A DNA stretch of 64,000 nucleotides from an uncultured delta proteobacterium (GTDB taxonomy: Bacteria > Myxococcota_A > Polyangia > Polyangiales > Polyangiaceae). This document shows positions 53,101 to 62,972 of this stretch, in pieces (within the stretch, counting starts at the first letter, position 1; each line of letters starts with the position of its first letter). The notes under the pieces were generated by a model. It was given only the letters and a program-made list of their open reading frames with translations, was not told the origin of the DNA and searched no databases. Location: the NCBI GenBank assembly GCA_963696385.1, contig CAVOKF010000004.1, forward strand, positions 1,056,001 through 1,120,000. The letters run 5' to 3'. The position numbers and the translations under genes were made by a program.

Positions 53101-53477
53101 CCCTCGACGACGGCATCGTAGTAGTCCGGGTATCCCGACTCGACCGGATCCGGCACGAGCGCGATCAAGTGCCTTAGCGGAGGCGCCTGCGCGTTGCCTT
53201 CGCCACGCCCCGACACCGGGGCCACGGACGGCGTTGAGTAAAGAGCTTGGTAGCGCAAGAGGGCTCGCGTTCCCGCAGCACACGGATCCTCCGCGGCCGG
53301 CGACTGCCCGTTCGTCTGGGTCTCGACGGCCGGTGCAGCGGCGCGCGTTTCGGCCGCTGGCGGTTGACCATCTACAGCCGCAGCCGCTGTGCGCGCCAAC
53401 AGTCGAGATCCCGCTGGCGCCTGCGCCACCGCCAAGAGGGCCCCGACCCAGGAAACGAGCGAACTGAACCCCCTCAT
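50175..53477 (-). CDS. Large signal-peptide, multi-TM hypothetical protein
   Basis: ~1100 aa; extracytoplasmic N-half (IALVPDP, LVGETPTWG, GPTFSG) and about 10 hydrophobic helices. Confidence 0.75.
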   Translation of the reverse strand: MRGFSSLVSWVGALLAVAQAPAGSRLLARTAAAAVDGQPPAAETRAAAPAVETQTNGQSPAAEDPCAAGTRALLRYQALYSTPSVAPVSGRGEGNAQAPPLRHLIALVPDPVESGYPDYYDAVVEGVQEAVAFPSGGSSYLRDRGWLPWPGRRATTHGQRRCWGTQPGVLVYRPQTDPATSYAIVVLLVGETPTWGLQERQFERALTLVDDFAAWWPSKQGGDEYRIVGPTFSGTAASLAAAIRKHATPRTRRFAVASGTATSPDVASTVKGIAAGASDGEGRVSYSPVTPQDPDLLTAMRLFLCQRGGHCEAGRDPNIALLTESLTSYGSAGAEREPKFLELKFPPSLAPIRTPNSDPVDSTGDTSGAAPPDGAPLAQGTSDTALSKNAGVAHDLALAEVLRGLSARHVRFIGILATDALDVVFLAQRIRSEFPDVRLFTLSTDVRYLTPDYAPFLNGMLVAHSVPPAIDNHSTSLKNEMVGSVFNAARTLLGDPAPPPAVRISLIGNGAFWQIDADRIGGEPVDPASCPRRPCPTTPVSWSFVTGFFGAAFFVIFLLVEAPWLGDVVARRFARAQERVGFLRHRGPLWAMVEPCQYADLRADDTVVTAALLTVAASPTILLITARFAREGDSPSWGNAVLSIALVALSLGINAWTVAAQWRPQDPSAWGAALLAGSATLASIIALGLGCGPQSEATLNLMSGGSPVVAGLIGLTILGLGLWCWRVRLRFLDMHAFGVSRRALFRGVTPPIALALGERLGSDDRTGLAEVEQRLLRVIRNPWASFPLVPVAVHAFTAGCILIALLIKPPQTFERGWRNTLVVGFACLTILPITGNFARLLATWAVLRRLLQRLAHSPVLAAMAGLPPALARSLTAQVGLSGSEVVDLAWPVEALGALAAAHGSFRDQAEACAEVLRRELRCEAGTRCAPDALEGRADRAELVSRLLDASAQAWADRDGFSEEVRRLADALAATLVAVFVPRYVRHFRLFVPPLIVGSVLGVLMTSVYFVQPQRLIASLIFVSVAAMVLAIFGIYIALDRDPVISAIAGTKAGVVTWDWALGRRIVVWGLFPMASLLAAQYPQFSSWISTLFGIVAKGFK

Positions 53478-53586
53478 CGTCTCTTCCTCGCAATCCGGAA
53501 ACGACACTCACAAGCAGTGACTCGAATCGTGATGGAAGCTCATGCTGGGGTCGTGAGCTCGGCCGCGGACAACCGCCACGCGCGTG

Positions 53587-54672
53587 TCAGCCATTCGCCT
53601 CGGGAATCTTGAAACCGACGTAAGTGCCGCCACTGACGCCCATGAGCGCAAGCAGCGTGTCGCTGAATTGCGGCATGGAGAGGTCGCGCCATACGTCTAC
53701 GATGAACAGCGTGGCGAGGATCGCCGTCCAGACCAGGATTTGCATTCGGTGAAGGGTCGGGCCATTGTCGTCGTTGAGAAGGTCCGCAAGAAAAGTGCTG
53801 TGCGAATATCGGAGCTTTTTGACTCGCTCACCGACAGGCGTAATCGCCCCGATTCCTTGCTCTTCGGGACGTGCTTGTGCGGCTGGCGGAGTCTTCGTGA
53901 GATTCTCCGCGAGAGCGGAGTCCTGCGCAGAGCCGACGAGCTTCGCCCCCATCGCGGTCGCCGCGGCTATGCCCATGAGGGCGAGGCACTGGGGCGTCAC
54001 CGTGTCGGCCGACCCCGTCACCGTCCAGATAAGCAAAAAGGAGCAGACGACGAGCGCGGTCCACACAAACATCTGGAGCCGCCCGAGACTGAGGGATGTC
54101 CTCGGCCCCGCATCGAGGAGCATTCCCGCCTTGATCCCGAACCAGGAAGCAATTCCAAAAAAGAAAAGCAAAAAAATGCTGAGGACTCTCGCCAACCACG
54201 AGCTGCTGAAGTGGAGACGGATCGGATCGGGCGCACTCACGGTGGCCCCGTCGGGAGAGCCCGCGGCGATCGTGACGGCACGGTTCGACAGGACGGGGCC
54301 TAGGAGCCGACGCCAGGCGGCGTCATTCTCCGACGTCCTGTTGAGGGCAAAGAGAAACGTGTGCTCTTGGTCGAGCGCGCGACGAACGCTGATGCCTTTA
54401 ATCTCGTTGTTGTCGAGGAAGATTGCGAGCGGCTGCGGGGGTGGAGATGAAAAAGTGACCGCGAGGTCGTCGCCCAGACGGACGTCGACCGTCATCGGGT
54501 TGTCGTTGACCGCGGTCTGATTGATCGCGAGAATCCTCAGCGCAGGGGGTAAAACGGCAACGGCGCCCGCCCCCTGGGACTGGGCGAACGCAGATCTTGC
54601 GATAACGAAGGACAAGCTGCACGAGAGCACCCATACCCACCCGACTCGCGCATAGGTTTTGCCAATCCGCAT
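53587..54672 (-). CDS. Membrane protein with duplicated R.Q..VWT/LALMG module
   Basis: SLGRLQMFVWT..LALMGI and TLHRMQILVWT..LALMGV. Confidence 0.7.
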   Translation of the reverse strand: MRIGKTYARVGWVWVLSCSLSFVIARSAFAQSQGAGAVAVLPPALRILAINQTAVNDNPMTVDVRLGDDLAVTFSSPPPQPLAIFLDNNEIKGISVRRALDQEHTFLFALNRTSENDAAWRRLLGPVLSNRAVTIAAGSPDGATVSAPDPIRLHFSSSWLARVLSIFLLFFFGIASWFGIKAGMLLDAGPRTSLSLGRLQMFVWTALVVCSFLLIWTVTGSADTVTPQCLALMGIAAATAMGAKLVGSAQDSALAENLTKTPPAAQARPEEQGIGAITPVGERVKKLRYSHSTFLADLLNDDNGPTLHRMQILVWTAILATLFIVDVWRDLSMPQFSDTLLALMGVSGGTYVGFKIPEANG

Positions 54673-54947
54673 TCGTCGCCCCTTCTACCGGCCTCTCAAG
54701 GTCGTCTTGCGACTACCAACGCCACTGGCCGCATAGCCGGTGTTCCCTCGGTAGGTCCATTTCACGCGATTGCATGCCCGTACGACGCGATTCAATGCGC
54801 AGCCCTCTTGTTGCGGCTGCCCGATGTCATCGGTGCGCCGAATACGCAGGGAGCCGATCGAAGACGAGCTTTTCGACGAAGTGGGAGAGGCCGTACAATG
54901 GCTCATTCGGAAAGAGAAGCCGCGGCAACCAACCGCATATGTTTCCG

Positions 54948-55688
54948 TCACGCGTTGGGCTGAGCGACCGGCGGAGGAATCAGAAATGCCAGCAGGTCGT
55001 TCTGCGCGTTGATTGCGGGGTTGACCAGGCTGCGATCAATACTCGCGCCATCTCGCGGAAACATGTATTGCCATAGAAGAACGGGTGCGCCCAGATCCGG
55101 TTTTGGAGCGACGAGCGCGTTATTCCAAGCCACAGGCTCTGCCTCGGTCAGGAGAGGGTGCGACATCCAAAGCCCGCTGCAAGGCACTCCGTGGGCCAGA
55201 GCCCGCGCCAATGCCGTCCAGGTCGCCGCGTCGCCCGGAAGACCGTAGACACATGGCAATAAGTCAACGTTCTTGCTTGCTTGGGCCAGACCGTCGACCC
55301 AACCGGTATAGTAATCTGTCGAAAGGCGTGACTGGCCGCTCCCCTCGACGTCGAGAAAGATGAAAAATTTGCCGCCTTGGTCCACAAGGTAACTCTCGCC
55401 AAACGTGTCGATCACGTCAGACGCATTGGCTAGTCCGTCGCGTTGACCGGCCGCAACTCCGCCGCCCACGTTGTTCGTCTGGCGTGCAATGGGCAAGACC
55501 CGTATGTTGTGAGCCGCCAAAACTGCGTCTTCGACGCGATGGCGGTACTCGACATCCCCGACGGTCTGGGGCGTCGAGAAGTACCTACCCCAAAATGCTG
55601 GGGCCACCCCGAGGACAGCCGTAGCGGATGTGATGAGGGCCTCGGTAACCGGGTATGCCGTGTCGGCACCCACCGTTCGATCGGGCAT
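54948..55688 (-). CDS. DUF1906/GH25-like glycoside hydrolase
   Basis: GADT, FWGRYF, IFLDVE, PCVYG, LWQY, IDRS. Confidence 0.75.
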   Translation of the reverse strand: MPDRTVGADTAYPVTEALITSATAVLGVAPAFWGRYFSTPQTVGDVEYRHRVEDAVLAAHNIRVLPIARQTNNVGGGVAAGQRDGLANASDVIDTFGESYLVDQGGKFFIFLDVEGSGQSRLSTDYYTGWVDGLAQASKNVDLLPCVYGLPGDAATWTALARALAHGVPCSGLWMSHPLLTEAEPVAWNNALVAPKPDLGAPVLLWQYMFPRDGASIDRSLVNPAINAQNDLLAFLIPPPVAQPNA

Positions 55689-55969
55689 AGCGTTTTGCCT
55701 CCCCGCTCATTGCAAAGCATTCGGTCGCGCCGTTGTCAACGCCTGCTGCGACGCGTGGTCGCGGCATCCGGCAGTGGCTCGGCCTCTGGCCGGGGGGGCA
55801 GCCCACTTTTCTGCTTCCCGGATGGCCTAGTTTCGGACCGCCGCGGTTTGTTTGTGCGGGCTTCTGGTGGCTGCGCCTGTCGACTGAACGACTGTCGGCG
55901 GTGGAATACGGCCTCCGGCACTGCAACGCGCGTGCAATTGCCTGCAATCGACCTGAGTGACGAGTATCA

Positions 55970-56069
55970 CTAGTACCCCGATTCCATGAAACGGAGGGGT
56001 GAGACCACCCGATCCCGTCGGGAATATCGCGGAAAACGACCCTTCCATTCCGCGGAATCGAGGTACTAG
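55970..56069. mobile_element. 100-bp MITE, copy 1
   Basis: CTAGTACCCCGATTCC...GGAATCGAGGTACTAG terminal inverted repeats (1 mismatch); identical to 61866-61965. Confidence 0.85.
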
Positions 56070-56104
56070 ATTCCGCAGAGAAGCGGGAGTGAAACCAAGC
56101 CAAG

Positions 56105-56288
56105 GGCCAACCCGTCATCTCGCTGGATACGAAGAAAAAGGACCTGATCGGCGACTTTCACAACGAGGGCCAGGAGTGGCAGCGTGCGGGGTCGCCCGAG
56201 CCGGTGCGCGTTCACGACTTCATCGATCCCGAGCTCGGCAAGGCGATTCCCTATGGGGTGTACGACGTGGCCCGCAACGAAGGCTGGG
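56105..56288 (+). mobile_element. ISAzo13-family transposase fragment
   Basis: GQPVISLDTKKKDLIGDF...VRVHDFIDPELGKAIPYGVYD...NEGW. Confidence 0.82.
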
Positions 56289-56613
56289 CGCCCTACCGGG
56301 TTCTCCGGGGCGGCTACTTCTACTACACCGCGGCGTCCTTGCTTCCCCCGTACCGCAGCTACAGCTTCCCCTCGTACCGCTACTTGCTACTAGCCCATCG
56401 GCTTTCGTTGCGCCAGGACGCCGTGATGACACGTTGTGCCGCGTTCTTCGACTGACGGTTAGCGGTGTCTCTGGCGCCTACGGCCGCTTCACGAAGCGTC
56501 ATGGCGGACCCCCTGGAGTAGGTCACGCAGTCGCCTGGCCCGTAGACCCAAGCCGTGATCCACAGCGCCATCTCCATCAGCGAGCCTGACGGGGACCCGC
56601 TTGTTGGCTCGGA

Positions 56614-56943
56614 TCAGACAACCGCGTCTTTGATGGCCTTCACCGGCCTGGCGCGAACGCCCTTGCTGGCGGGCTTCGCGGCGAACTTCTGCTTCTCTTT
56701 CGTGAACGGGTTGATGCCTTCCCGTGCGGGTCGGGCGGGCTTCTTGACCACCACGAACTTGGCGAATCCGGGCAGCACGAAGATGCCGGTTTTCTTGAGT
56801 TCCCGGTGACCCACTTCGACGAGCGTTTCGATCACCTGCTTGACCTGCTTGCGCGAGATTTCCTCGCCGCCCGCCTCTGTCACGGCTTGCAGGATTGCGC
56901 TTTTCGAAAGGGGTTTCTTCGCCGCGGTCGTCGCTTTGGCCAT
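56614..56943 (-). CDS. HU/IHF-family DNA-binding protein
   Basis: LPGFAKF...PAREGINPFT...FAAKPA. Confidence 0.92.
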   Translation of the reverse strand: MAKATTAAKKPLSKSAILQAVTEAGGEEISRKQVKQVIETLVEVGHRELKKTGIFVLPGFAKFVVVKKPARPAREGINPFTKEKQKFAAKPASKGVRARPVKAIKDAVV

Positions 56944-57753
56944 GGTTCGGGTCTCCTGAGCTGCGTAGAAAGCGCCTTCGCGGTTTTCTCGTCAACACAA
57001 ACACCGAAAAAAAGCGCCGTTTTCCCCTTCGGCGGTCATTTCGCACGCCACAAGATCGGGCCCATTCGCGACGGGTGCTCGCGCCGCGTCAACCGGCGCC
57101 GCTCGAACGGAGCGGCCTTTGACACCTCTCGGACGAGCCTTACAGTGTGGGACGAGGCTGGCGGGGACGATGCGCGTCCCCCCCTGCGCCGGTCCTGCCG
57201 GCCTCGCCTTTTTTGTTACGGCATCGGTGACGAGGCGCTTTTCGAAGGGGCCGACGCGGACCGGACGAGATACTCGAGCCACGGGGCGAGGGTCAAAGCC
57301 GAGCGCCCCTTGGCGAGAATCTCGACGCCTCCGTCTTTGACCCGATGGTGCTGGTAGTGCGCGCGGGCGTTGCCCATGAAGCGCATCAGATCATCGGCGT
57401 CGGGGCGGGATACGGGGAAAATCTCGCGGTACTCATCCATCCGCGGTCGAAGACTGGGCGGGCACCACGATGCGGGGCCGAAATACATCCGCCAGGTATC
57501 GCCGTGCTCGCGGGCAATGAGCACGTCGAGAAAGGGCAATCGCTCGACCATGGGGCCGAAGGATACCATCGGCGCCAGGTGGCCAAAAGGCTCGGCCGGG
57601 GTCCATTCGTTCGACGGCGACGTGCGGCGGGGTCGAGCGGTGCGCGCGTCCCGACGGCTCGGGCGCCGCGTTCGCCGGTCCCCCGCGCCGCGGTGCGATC
57701 CCGGGTTCATTCGCGCCGACGACCTCGGTCCCAGGGACCGAGTCGCTTGTCCA

Positions 57754-58143
57754 TCAGAACCAGTCCCGTCCGAAGCGGTCCTCCGTCAACGTTGCGGCCA
57801 GCATGAAGCCATGCCGCTCGTAGAACGGCCGCGCTTGGTAATCGGCCGTTTCGAGTCGCAGCTTGTGACATCCGAGAGCCGCGCACCGCCGCTCGAACTC
57901 CTCGAGCAACTGCGAGCCGACTCGCGTGCGTGCGTGGTCGATCTTCACGAGCAGTTGGTTGAGCTCTCCCACTCCGCCGATCGCGACGCCGCACGCAACC
58001 CCCACGGGGATTCCACGCGTGGCGACGAGCACAATCTCTCGCCGCGACCACGCGATGCCGATCGGCGCATCGTGAGGCGGCCATTCCACGTTCATGAACT
58101 CGGCAGCGGCGGTCGCCGTCCAATCGGAGATCTGAAGATCCAA
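57754..58143 (-). CDS. GNAT acetyltransferase
   Basis: VGSQLL..FE......CHKLRLET..QARPFYERHGF; start uncertain. Confidence 0.8.
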   Translation of the reverse strand: MDLQISDWTATAAAEFMNVEWPPHDAPIGIAWSRREIVLVATRGIPVGVACGVAIGGVGELNQLLVKIDHARTRVGSQLLEEFERRCAALGCHKLRLETADYQARPFYERHGFMLAATLTEDRFGRDWF

Positions 58144-58696
58144 GCGAGAGCCACGCTAGCGCCGCCCCGCGGCCGCGTCCGCCTCGCCGTACCATTGGAT
58201 CTTGACCGCGCGCGGCGCGGGCGACAGGATGGCCCGTGTCCACTTTGCCGCCGCGCGCGATCGACCCAGGCGCGCAACTTTCGTTGCATCGGGCCGACGA
58301 GGCGGTCATGCCCATCCACGACTCCGCATTCCGCTTGGCGGTCGACCTGCTTCGCGGCACCGTCCTCGAGTTTACGGACGGACTTCGGCGTCACTGGAAG
58401 GCCGATCGCAACGGCCTCTACTGGCGCACGGACGGGAAAGCTGCACCCATCCTGGAAGGATGTGCCGCCGACGTTGCCATCGAGGTGCTCAAGCGGTGGC
58501 CCGAGCGGATAGAGGGCAAGTAGCCCGATCCCGTTGTTATTCCGCGTTCAGAACCGTCAGAGCCGATACACCTCGTCGGCCGCACCGTACGCTGCGTGGT
58601 CTTTGACGGGTACGCGTGCGAAGGGGGCGAAGCCGAGACCCGTGAGCACCTGTCGGCGGGCCTTTGACGTTAGTTAGCGTAGGTGCGTCAGTTCTC

Positions 58697-59290
58697 CTAC
58701 CTCCAGCGGGTCAGCGGCGTATCGCCGCGAACGTAAAGGGGATGCCGTGGTTTCTTACCCTTGGTTGTGCCAAGGCACCAGATCGCTCGGTCTGCAAAAA
58801 CGGCGTCGACTGCCCCGGCGCGGTGCCTATAGAGTCCGCGTGCGCCCCACGCCGCGACCACCGTAGTTGCGCGCTGGACCGCGCTCGCCAAGTGCTGGTC
58901 GTTCAAGGGCCCGATCGGGTCCCGAGCGATCTCGAGGCGACGAGGATCGTGCGTTCGGAGTGCGAACAGGTTGCACACCTCGAGCCGACCGAAACCCCAG
59001 CTTCGCCCGAAGGCCATACAGCGTCTCAAGGTCGGGTCGTCGATCGCGGCGTCCGCCCTGCTCGGATTGAGCATAACAAATAGGATCGTTCCGCTCGCCG
59101 AGGCGCTCAGGGTTCGCCAGAGGAGATATCGATAGGCCCCTTTGATGACGGCGCCGTGCCCGGCTGGTCCCGCGGGGACCGAATGTGTATCGGTGCGTCG
59201 CTGTGTCGTAAAGACGGGGTCGAGACCTGAAACCGTAAGCGGGGCGCGAGGAGAGACGGCGGACTTGGCAACTGGGGTCGGCCTCCTCAC
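58697..59290 (-). CDS. DUF1643-family protein
   Basis: YRYLLWR, FVMLNPSRAD..DDPTLRRC, NLFA.R, AWG, PRHPLY; real start probably near 59160. Confidence 0.85.
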   Translation of the reverse strand: MRRPTPVAKSAVSPRAPLTVSGLDPVFTTQRRTDTHSVPAGPAGHGAVIKGAYRYLLWRTLSASASGTILFVMLNPSRADAAIDDPTLRRCMAFGRSWGFGRLEVCNLFALRTHDPRRLEIARDPIGPLNDQHLASAVQRATTVVAAWGARGLYRHRAGAVDAVFADRAIWCLGTTKGKKPRHPLYVRGDTPLTRWR

Positions 59291-59964
59291 GATCGGGGCA
59301 GCCTAGCGCCACGGCGAAAGCGCGAGAGGGCGTTGACCCCGCACCCGCCGCCGACGTCCTCGGCACAAACTCCGAGGCGAAGCTGCCGCGCATTTGGACG
59401 CACACCTCGCTCGGCTTGCGACGCGGCACGGCGTCAGGCGGCTGGGCGTTGGTGAGAAGTACCGTACCGGCGGGGTACTCGAGGAGATTCGCCGAAGACG
59501 GTGTCCGTATCGGTGCGCCCCTTGGCCCGAACGAGGGCACACGTCGCCCCAAGGCTCGAAGTCAGCCACGTCGGTCTTTTTGAGGAGGTTCCCGTCCATC
59601 CGCTTCTTGTCGAAGTGGATGGTGATGACCGTGCGCCGCCCGGCGGTCTCCGCCACGGACGCAGTTTCATCGCTCTTGATCCCCTAACGCGCCGCGTCTG
59701 ACGCAGGGGGGGCAGGAATTGCTGACCACCTGGTGAATCATCACCAGGGTAATCTCTGACCCGATCGGGGCATAATAGTTAGTTATTTCCATTACTTCAT
59801 TAGTGCTCGAGGATCCGGCACACGGCTGGCGCGCGGGTTGCCATAGAGGGTTTCCATGATCCAACGCCTCCGGTCCTTAACCCCGCAGGTCACGGAGATC
59901 GTCCTGCGGCTATCCGTGCAGGATGCATGAACGGCCCCACGCAACTACGTGCGTGGAAGACTGG

Positions 59965-60147
59965 AAGTGGCGGGATCGACGGCCGACCACCTTCGGCGTA
60001 CATCGCGTCGAACACCGGCGACAGCTTCGCCAAGGCCTCGTCGGCAAGCTTCTTGATCGCCCCCAACGGGTGCGCCTGCGGCACCTGCGTCTCGGCGGGC
60101 GACATCAGCATCAACATCGACGACTGCTTCTTGTCCTCGCCTCGCAT
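59965..60147 (-). mobile_element. IS5/IS1182-like transposase N-terminal fragment
   Basis: MRGED..Q..M...VP..HPL..IK......LSP.FDAMY...GRPSIPP then lost. Confidence 0.82.
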
Positions 60148-60289
60148 CGTGAGCCGCAACGTAAGTTCCCTGCGGCAGATCTCGATCCCCTGCTCGTTTC
60201 TTTTCTTTCTCTCGCCACCATGGCGGGCGAGTGCCTCCAGTGCCGAGGGCGGTGACGGCCATCGACGGGGTATGGTCTTTCACAAGATC

Positions 60290-61000
60290 ATGTCATCCCC
60301 CAAGCGTCTCGCGAGGATCGCCGGTGTCCTCTACCTGTTCGTCGGCATCTTCGGCGGCTTCGCAGAGGGGTTCGTGGACCCCAAGATGTACGTCGCGGGC
60401 AACGCGACGGCCACGGCGGGGAACGTCGTTGCGAGCCCGGGACTCGTCCGCATGAGCGTCGTCGCTCATCTGCTCGACGGGACGTTCTTCGTGTTCCTGG
60501 CGATGGCGCTCTACGTCCTGCTTGAGCACGTCAACAAGAACGTGGCGAGGGCGATGCTGGTCCTGGTCGCGCTCGCCACCGGCATCATCTGCCTCAATGC
60601 GGTCTTCCAGTTCGAGGGCTTGCGGGTCGCAACCGACAGCTCCTACGCGACCGCCTTTGGCACGGCGGGATCGAACGCCCTGGTGCTGCTCTTGCTCGAC
60701 ACCCAGCACTACGGCACGCTCAGCGCGCAGGTCTTCTTTGGCCTATGGCTCGTTCCGATAGGGTATCTCGCCTATAGATCGGCGCTGTTCCCAAGGTGGC
60801 TTGGCGCTCTGCTCATCGTGGGGGGCGTCTGCTACCTCGTGGACCTGCTCGCGGCGTTCCTGGTCCCCGCCTTCGGCCAGCAGATTCACGCCTTCGTGGT
60901 CATCCCGTGCGCAGTCGCCGAGATCTCGATGGTCGTGTACCTGCTCGTGGTTGGCGTGAAGACCGTGAAGCCAGACAAGCAAATCCCTGCCGCGACGTGA
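60290..61000 (+). CDS. DUF4386 membrane protein
   Basis: ARIAGVLYL, FFGLWL..GYL.YRS..FPRWLG. Confidence 0.85.
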   Translation: MSSPKRLARIAGVLYLFVGIFGGFAEGFVDPKMYVAGNATATAGNVVASPGLVRMSVVAHLLDGTFFVFLAMALYVLLEHVNKNVARAMLVLVALATGIICLNAVFQFEGLRVATDSSYATAFGTAGSNALVLLLLDTQHYGTLSAQVFFGLWLVPIGYLAYRSALFPRWLGALLIVGGVCYLVDLLAAFLVPAFGQQIHAFVVIPCAVAEISMVVYLLVVGVKTVKPDKQIPAAT

Positions 61001-61008
61001 ACGCAGGA

Positions 61009-61030
61009 GGCTTTTTCAGCAGCCTGCTAG
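61009..61030 (-). mobile_element. probable IS terminal inverted repeat
   Basis: Minus strand CTAGCAGGCTGCTGAAAAAGCC resembles IS5/IS1182-type ends. Confidence 0.5.
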
Positions 61031-61040
61031 AAGCTAGAAG

Positions 61041-61256
61041 CTACAGGTCCTGCTGCTGGAGTCCGGTTTGCTTCGCAATCTTCGCCAGCATCACCGCCCC
61101 GATCTCATCGCCGCCGTGAAAGGCAAACGTAACCGGCGGCCAACCCGGACGCGCCAGTCGCCGATATGATCCCCGCTGCCGCGCCACCGTCCACCCAATC
61201 GGGAGCAACGCGGCGAGAACCCGGTCCGCACGCGTTGCCGGCCACTCGGCGCCCAA
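61041..61256 (-). CDS. hicA: HicA-family toxin (GSH replaced by GSY)
   Basis: VLAAL..IGW...RQRGSY...FAFH...EIG..ML.KIAK.TGL. Confidence 0.85.
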   Translation of the reverse strand: MGAEWPATRADRVLAALLPIGWTVARQRGSYRRLARPGWPPVTFAFHGGDEIGAVMLAKIAKQTGLQQQDL

Positions 61257-61257
61257 G

Positions 61258-61476
61258 TCAGGCGGCCTCGCGCGTGTCGACTGTCATGCTCAAGAGCGTC
61301 TTGGCGTCGCGCTCTCCGTGTTCGACTTCATCAGCGAGCACGTTGTATGCGAGCGAGAGAGCCTTCGCCAGGGCTTGGTCGCGGCTCTCCCCGTAGACAT
61401 GCACGCCAGCCAGCTCCGGGACGCTGGCGATCCAGCGGCCATCGGTCTCGCGGTCGAATTCGACGGTCAACTTCAC
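61258..61476 (-). CDS. hicB: HicB-family antitoxin (short, no DNA-binding domain)
   Basis: E.DGRWIASVPEL.GV..YG.SR..A. Confidence 0.88.
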   Translation of the reverse strand: MKLTVEFDRETDGRWIASVPELAGVHVYGESRDQALAKALSLAYNVLADEVEHGERDAKTLLSMTVDTREAA

Positions 61477-61865
61477 GACCCAATCCTAGCGCGATCGCTG
61501 TGGAAGCGCGACAGCGCGAAGCACGAGTCGACTCGGGTGCACCAACTCGATCCGGTCGTTTCAACGACGGTCCTCGCTATCGAGTGCGTCGGCCCACGCG
61601 TCGAGGCCGTCGCTGGCAAGCGTGTCATCCTCGGCGCCGCCGACCGCAAGGCGCTTCAGGTCCCAGCGTGCGGGGTCGGGGCTCCAAGCTCGGGATCCCC
61701 CGCTCACGAAGAAAAGGAAGAGAGCCCTGGCTCAAGGACTTGACGGTCGTTCCATATCAGGGGCGTTCGCTGTCGCTGAAATGGCAAATCGAATTGAGCG
61801 CGCCCGTCAGCAGTGATGGTCGGGAAGAGGTGAGCGCCGACACGCGCGAAGTCGACGTGATGGCA

Positions 61866-61965
61866 CTAGTACCCCGATTCCATGAAACGGAGGGGTGAGA
61901 CCACCCGATCCCGTCGGGAATATCGCGGAAAACGACCCTTCCATTCCGCGGAATCGAGGTACTAG
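61866..61965. mobile_element. 100-bp MITE, copy 2
   Basis: Identical to 55970-56069, same orientation. Confidence 0.85.
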
Positions 61966-62095
61966 TTGATGTCGCCGGCACCGTTTTGGCCGCCGGGCGC
62001 GGTCGACGGACCAAGTCGATTCGCCGCTGCAGTAACAACAGATGCCCCAAAGGGATCTTACTTTAGGCTGGGCCAGTGGTTGTAGATGCTGGAGG

Positions 62096-62518
62096 TCAGG
62101 CGCCCGCCGATCGCTCGATGAGGTCGAATCGGTTGCCGTAGAGATCCTCGAAGACGGCCACGGTGCCGTACGCCTCCTTCGTCGGCGGGCGCACGAACGT
62201 CACGCCTCGCGCGACGAGGTCGCGGTAGTCCCGCCAGAACTGATCCGTCTCAAAGAAGATGAAGACTCGGCCACCGGTCTGGTTTCCCACGCGGGTGATC
62301 TGCTCTGCCGAGACGGCCCGCGCGAGCAAAATGCCCGCACCTGTCGATCCCAGCGGACCCACGCGGACCCACCGTTTGCCGCCCCCGAGGTCCGTGTCTT
62401 CGAGTCGCTCGAAGCCGAGCTTGTCGACGTAGAACGCGAGGGCTTCGTCGTAATCGCGAACGACCACCGAGAATTGCGCGACGTGCTGGGGTATGGCGTT
62501 GCTGCTTGGATCGGTCAC
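62096..62518 (-). CDS. VOC/glyoxalase protein
   Basis: VRDYDEALAFY..KLGF...GNQTGGRVF...YGTVAVFEDLYGN. Confidence 0.9.
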   Translation of the reverse strand: MTDPSSNAIPQHVAQFSVVVRDYDEALAFYVDKLGFERLEDTDLGGGKRWVRVGPLGSTGAGILLARAVSAEQITRVGNQTGGRVFIFFETDQFWRDYRDLVARGVTFVRPPTKEAYGTVAVFEDLYGNRFDLIERSAGA

Positions 62519-62962
62519 CCGCGCCGGGCTGCCTCGATGGTCGCAATGTCGATCTTCCTCATCGACATCATCGCCGCGAAGGCACGCTTCGCCTCCGCGC
62601 CGCCCGCTGCCAGGGCTTCCATCAGCGTACCAGGCGTGATCTGCCAAGAGAGCCCCCACCGGTCCTTGCACCAACCACAGGCGCTCTCCTGCCCGCCGTT
62701 GCCGACGATCGCGTTCCAGTAGCGGTCCGTCTCCTTCTGATCTTCGGTGGAGACCTGGAAGGAGAAAGCCTCGCTGTGCTTGAACTGCGGGCCGCCGTTG
62801 AGACCGAGACACGGGATCCCCAGGACGGTGAACTCCACGGTCAGCACGTCGCCTTCCTTGCCTCCCGGATACTCACCCGGTGCCCTGCGAACCGCGCGCA
62901 CTTCGCTGTTGGGGAACGTGGCGGCATAGAAGCGTGCCGCCTCTTCGGCGTCCTTGTCGAAC
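62515..62962 (-). pseudogene. PhnB-like VOC protein lacking its start
   Basis: FDKDAEEAARFY, LNGGP.F..SEAFSF, CGWCKDRWGLSWQI; RBS GGAGAGGGA runs straight into TTCGAC with no start codon. Confidence 0.7.
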
Positions 62963-62972
62963 TCCCTCTCCG

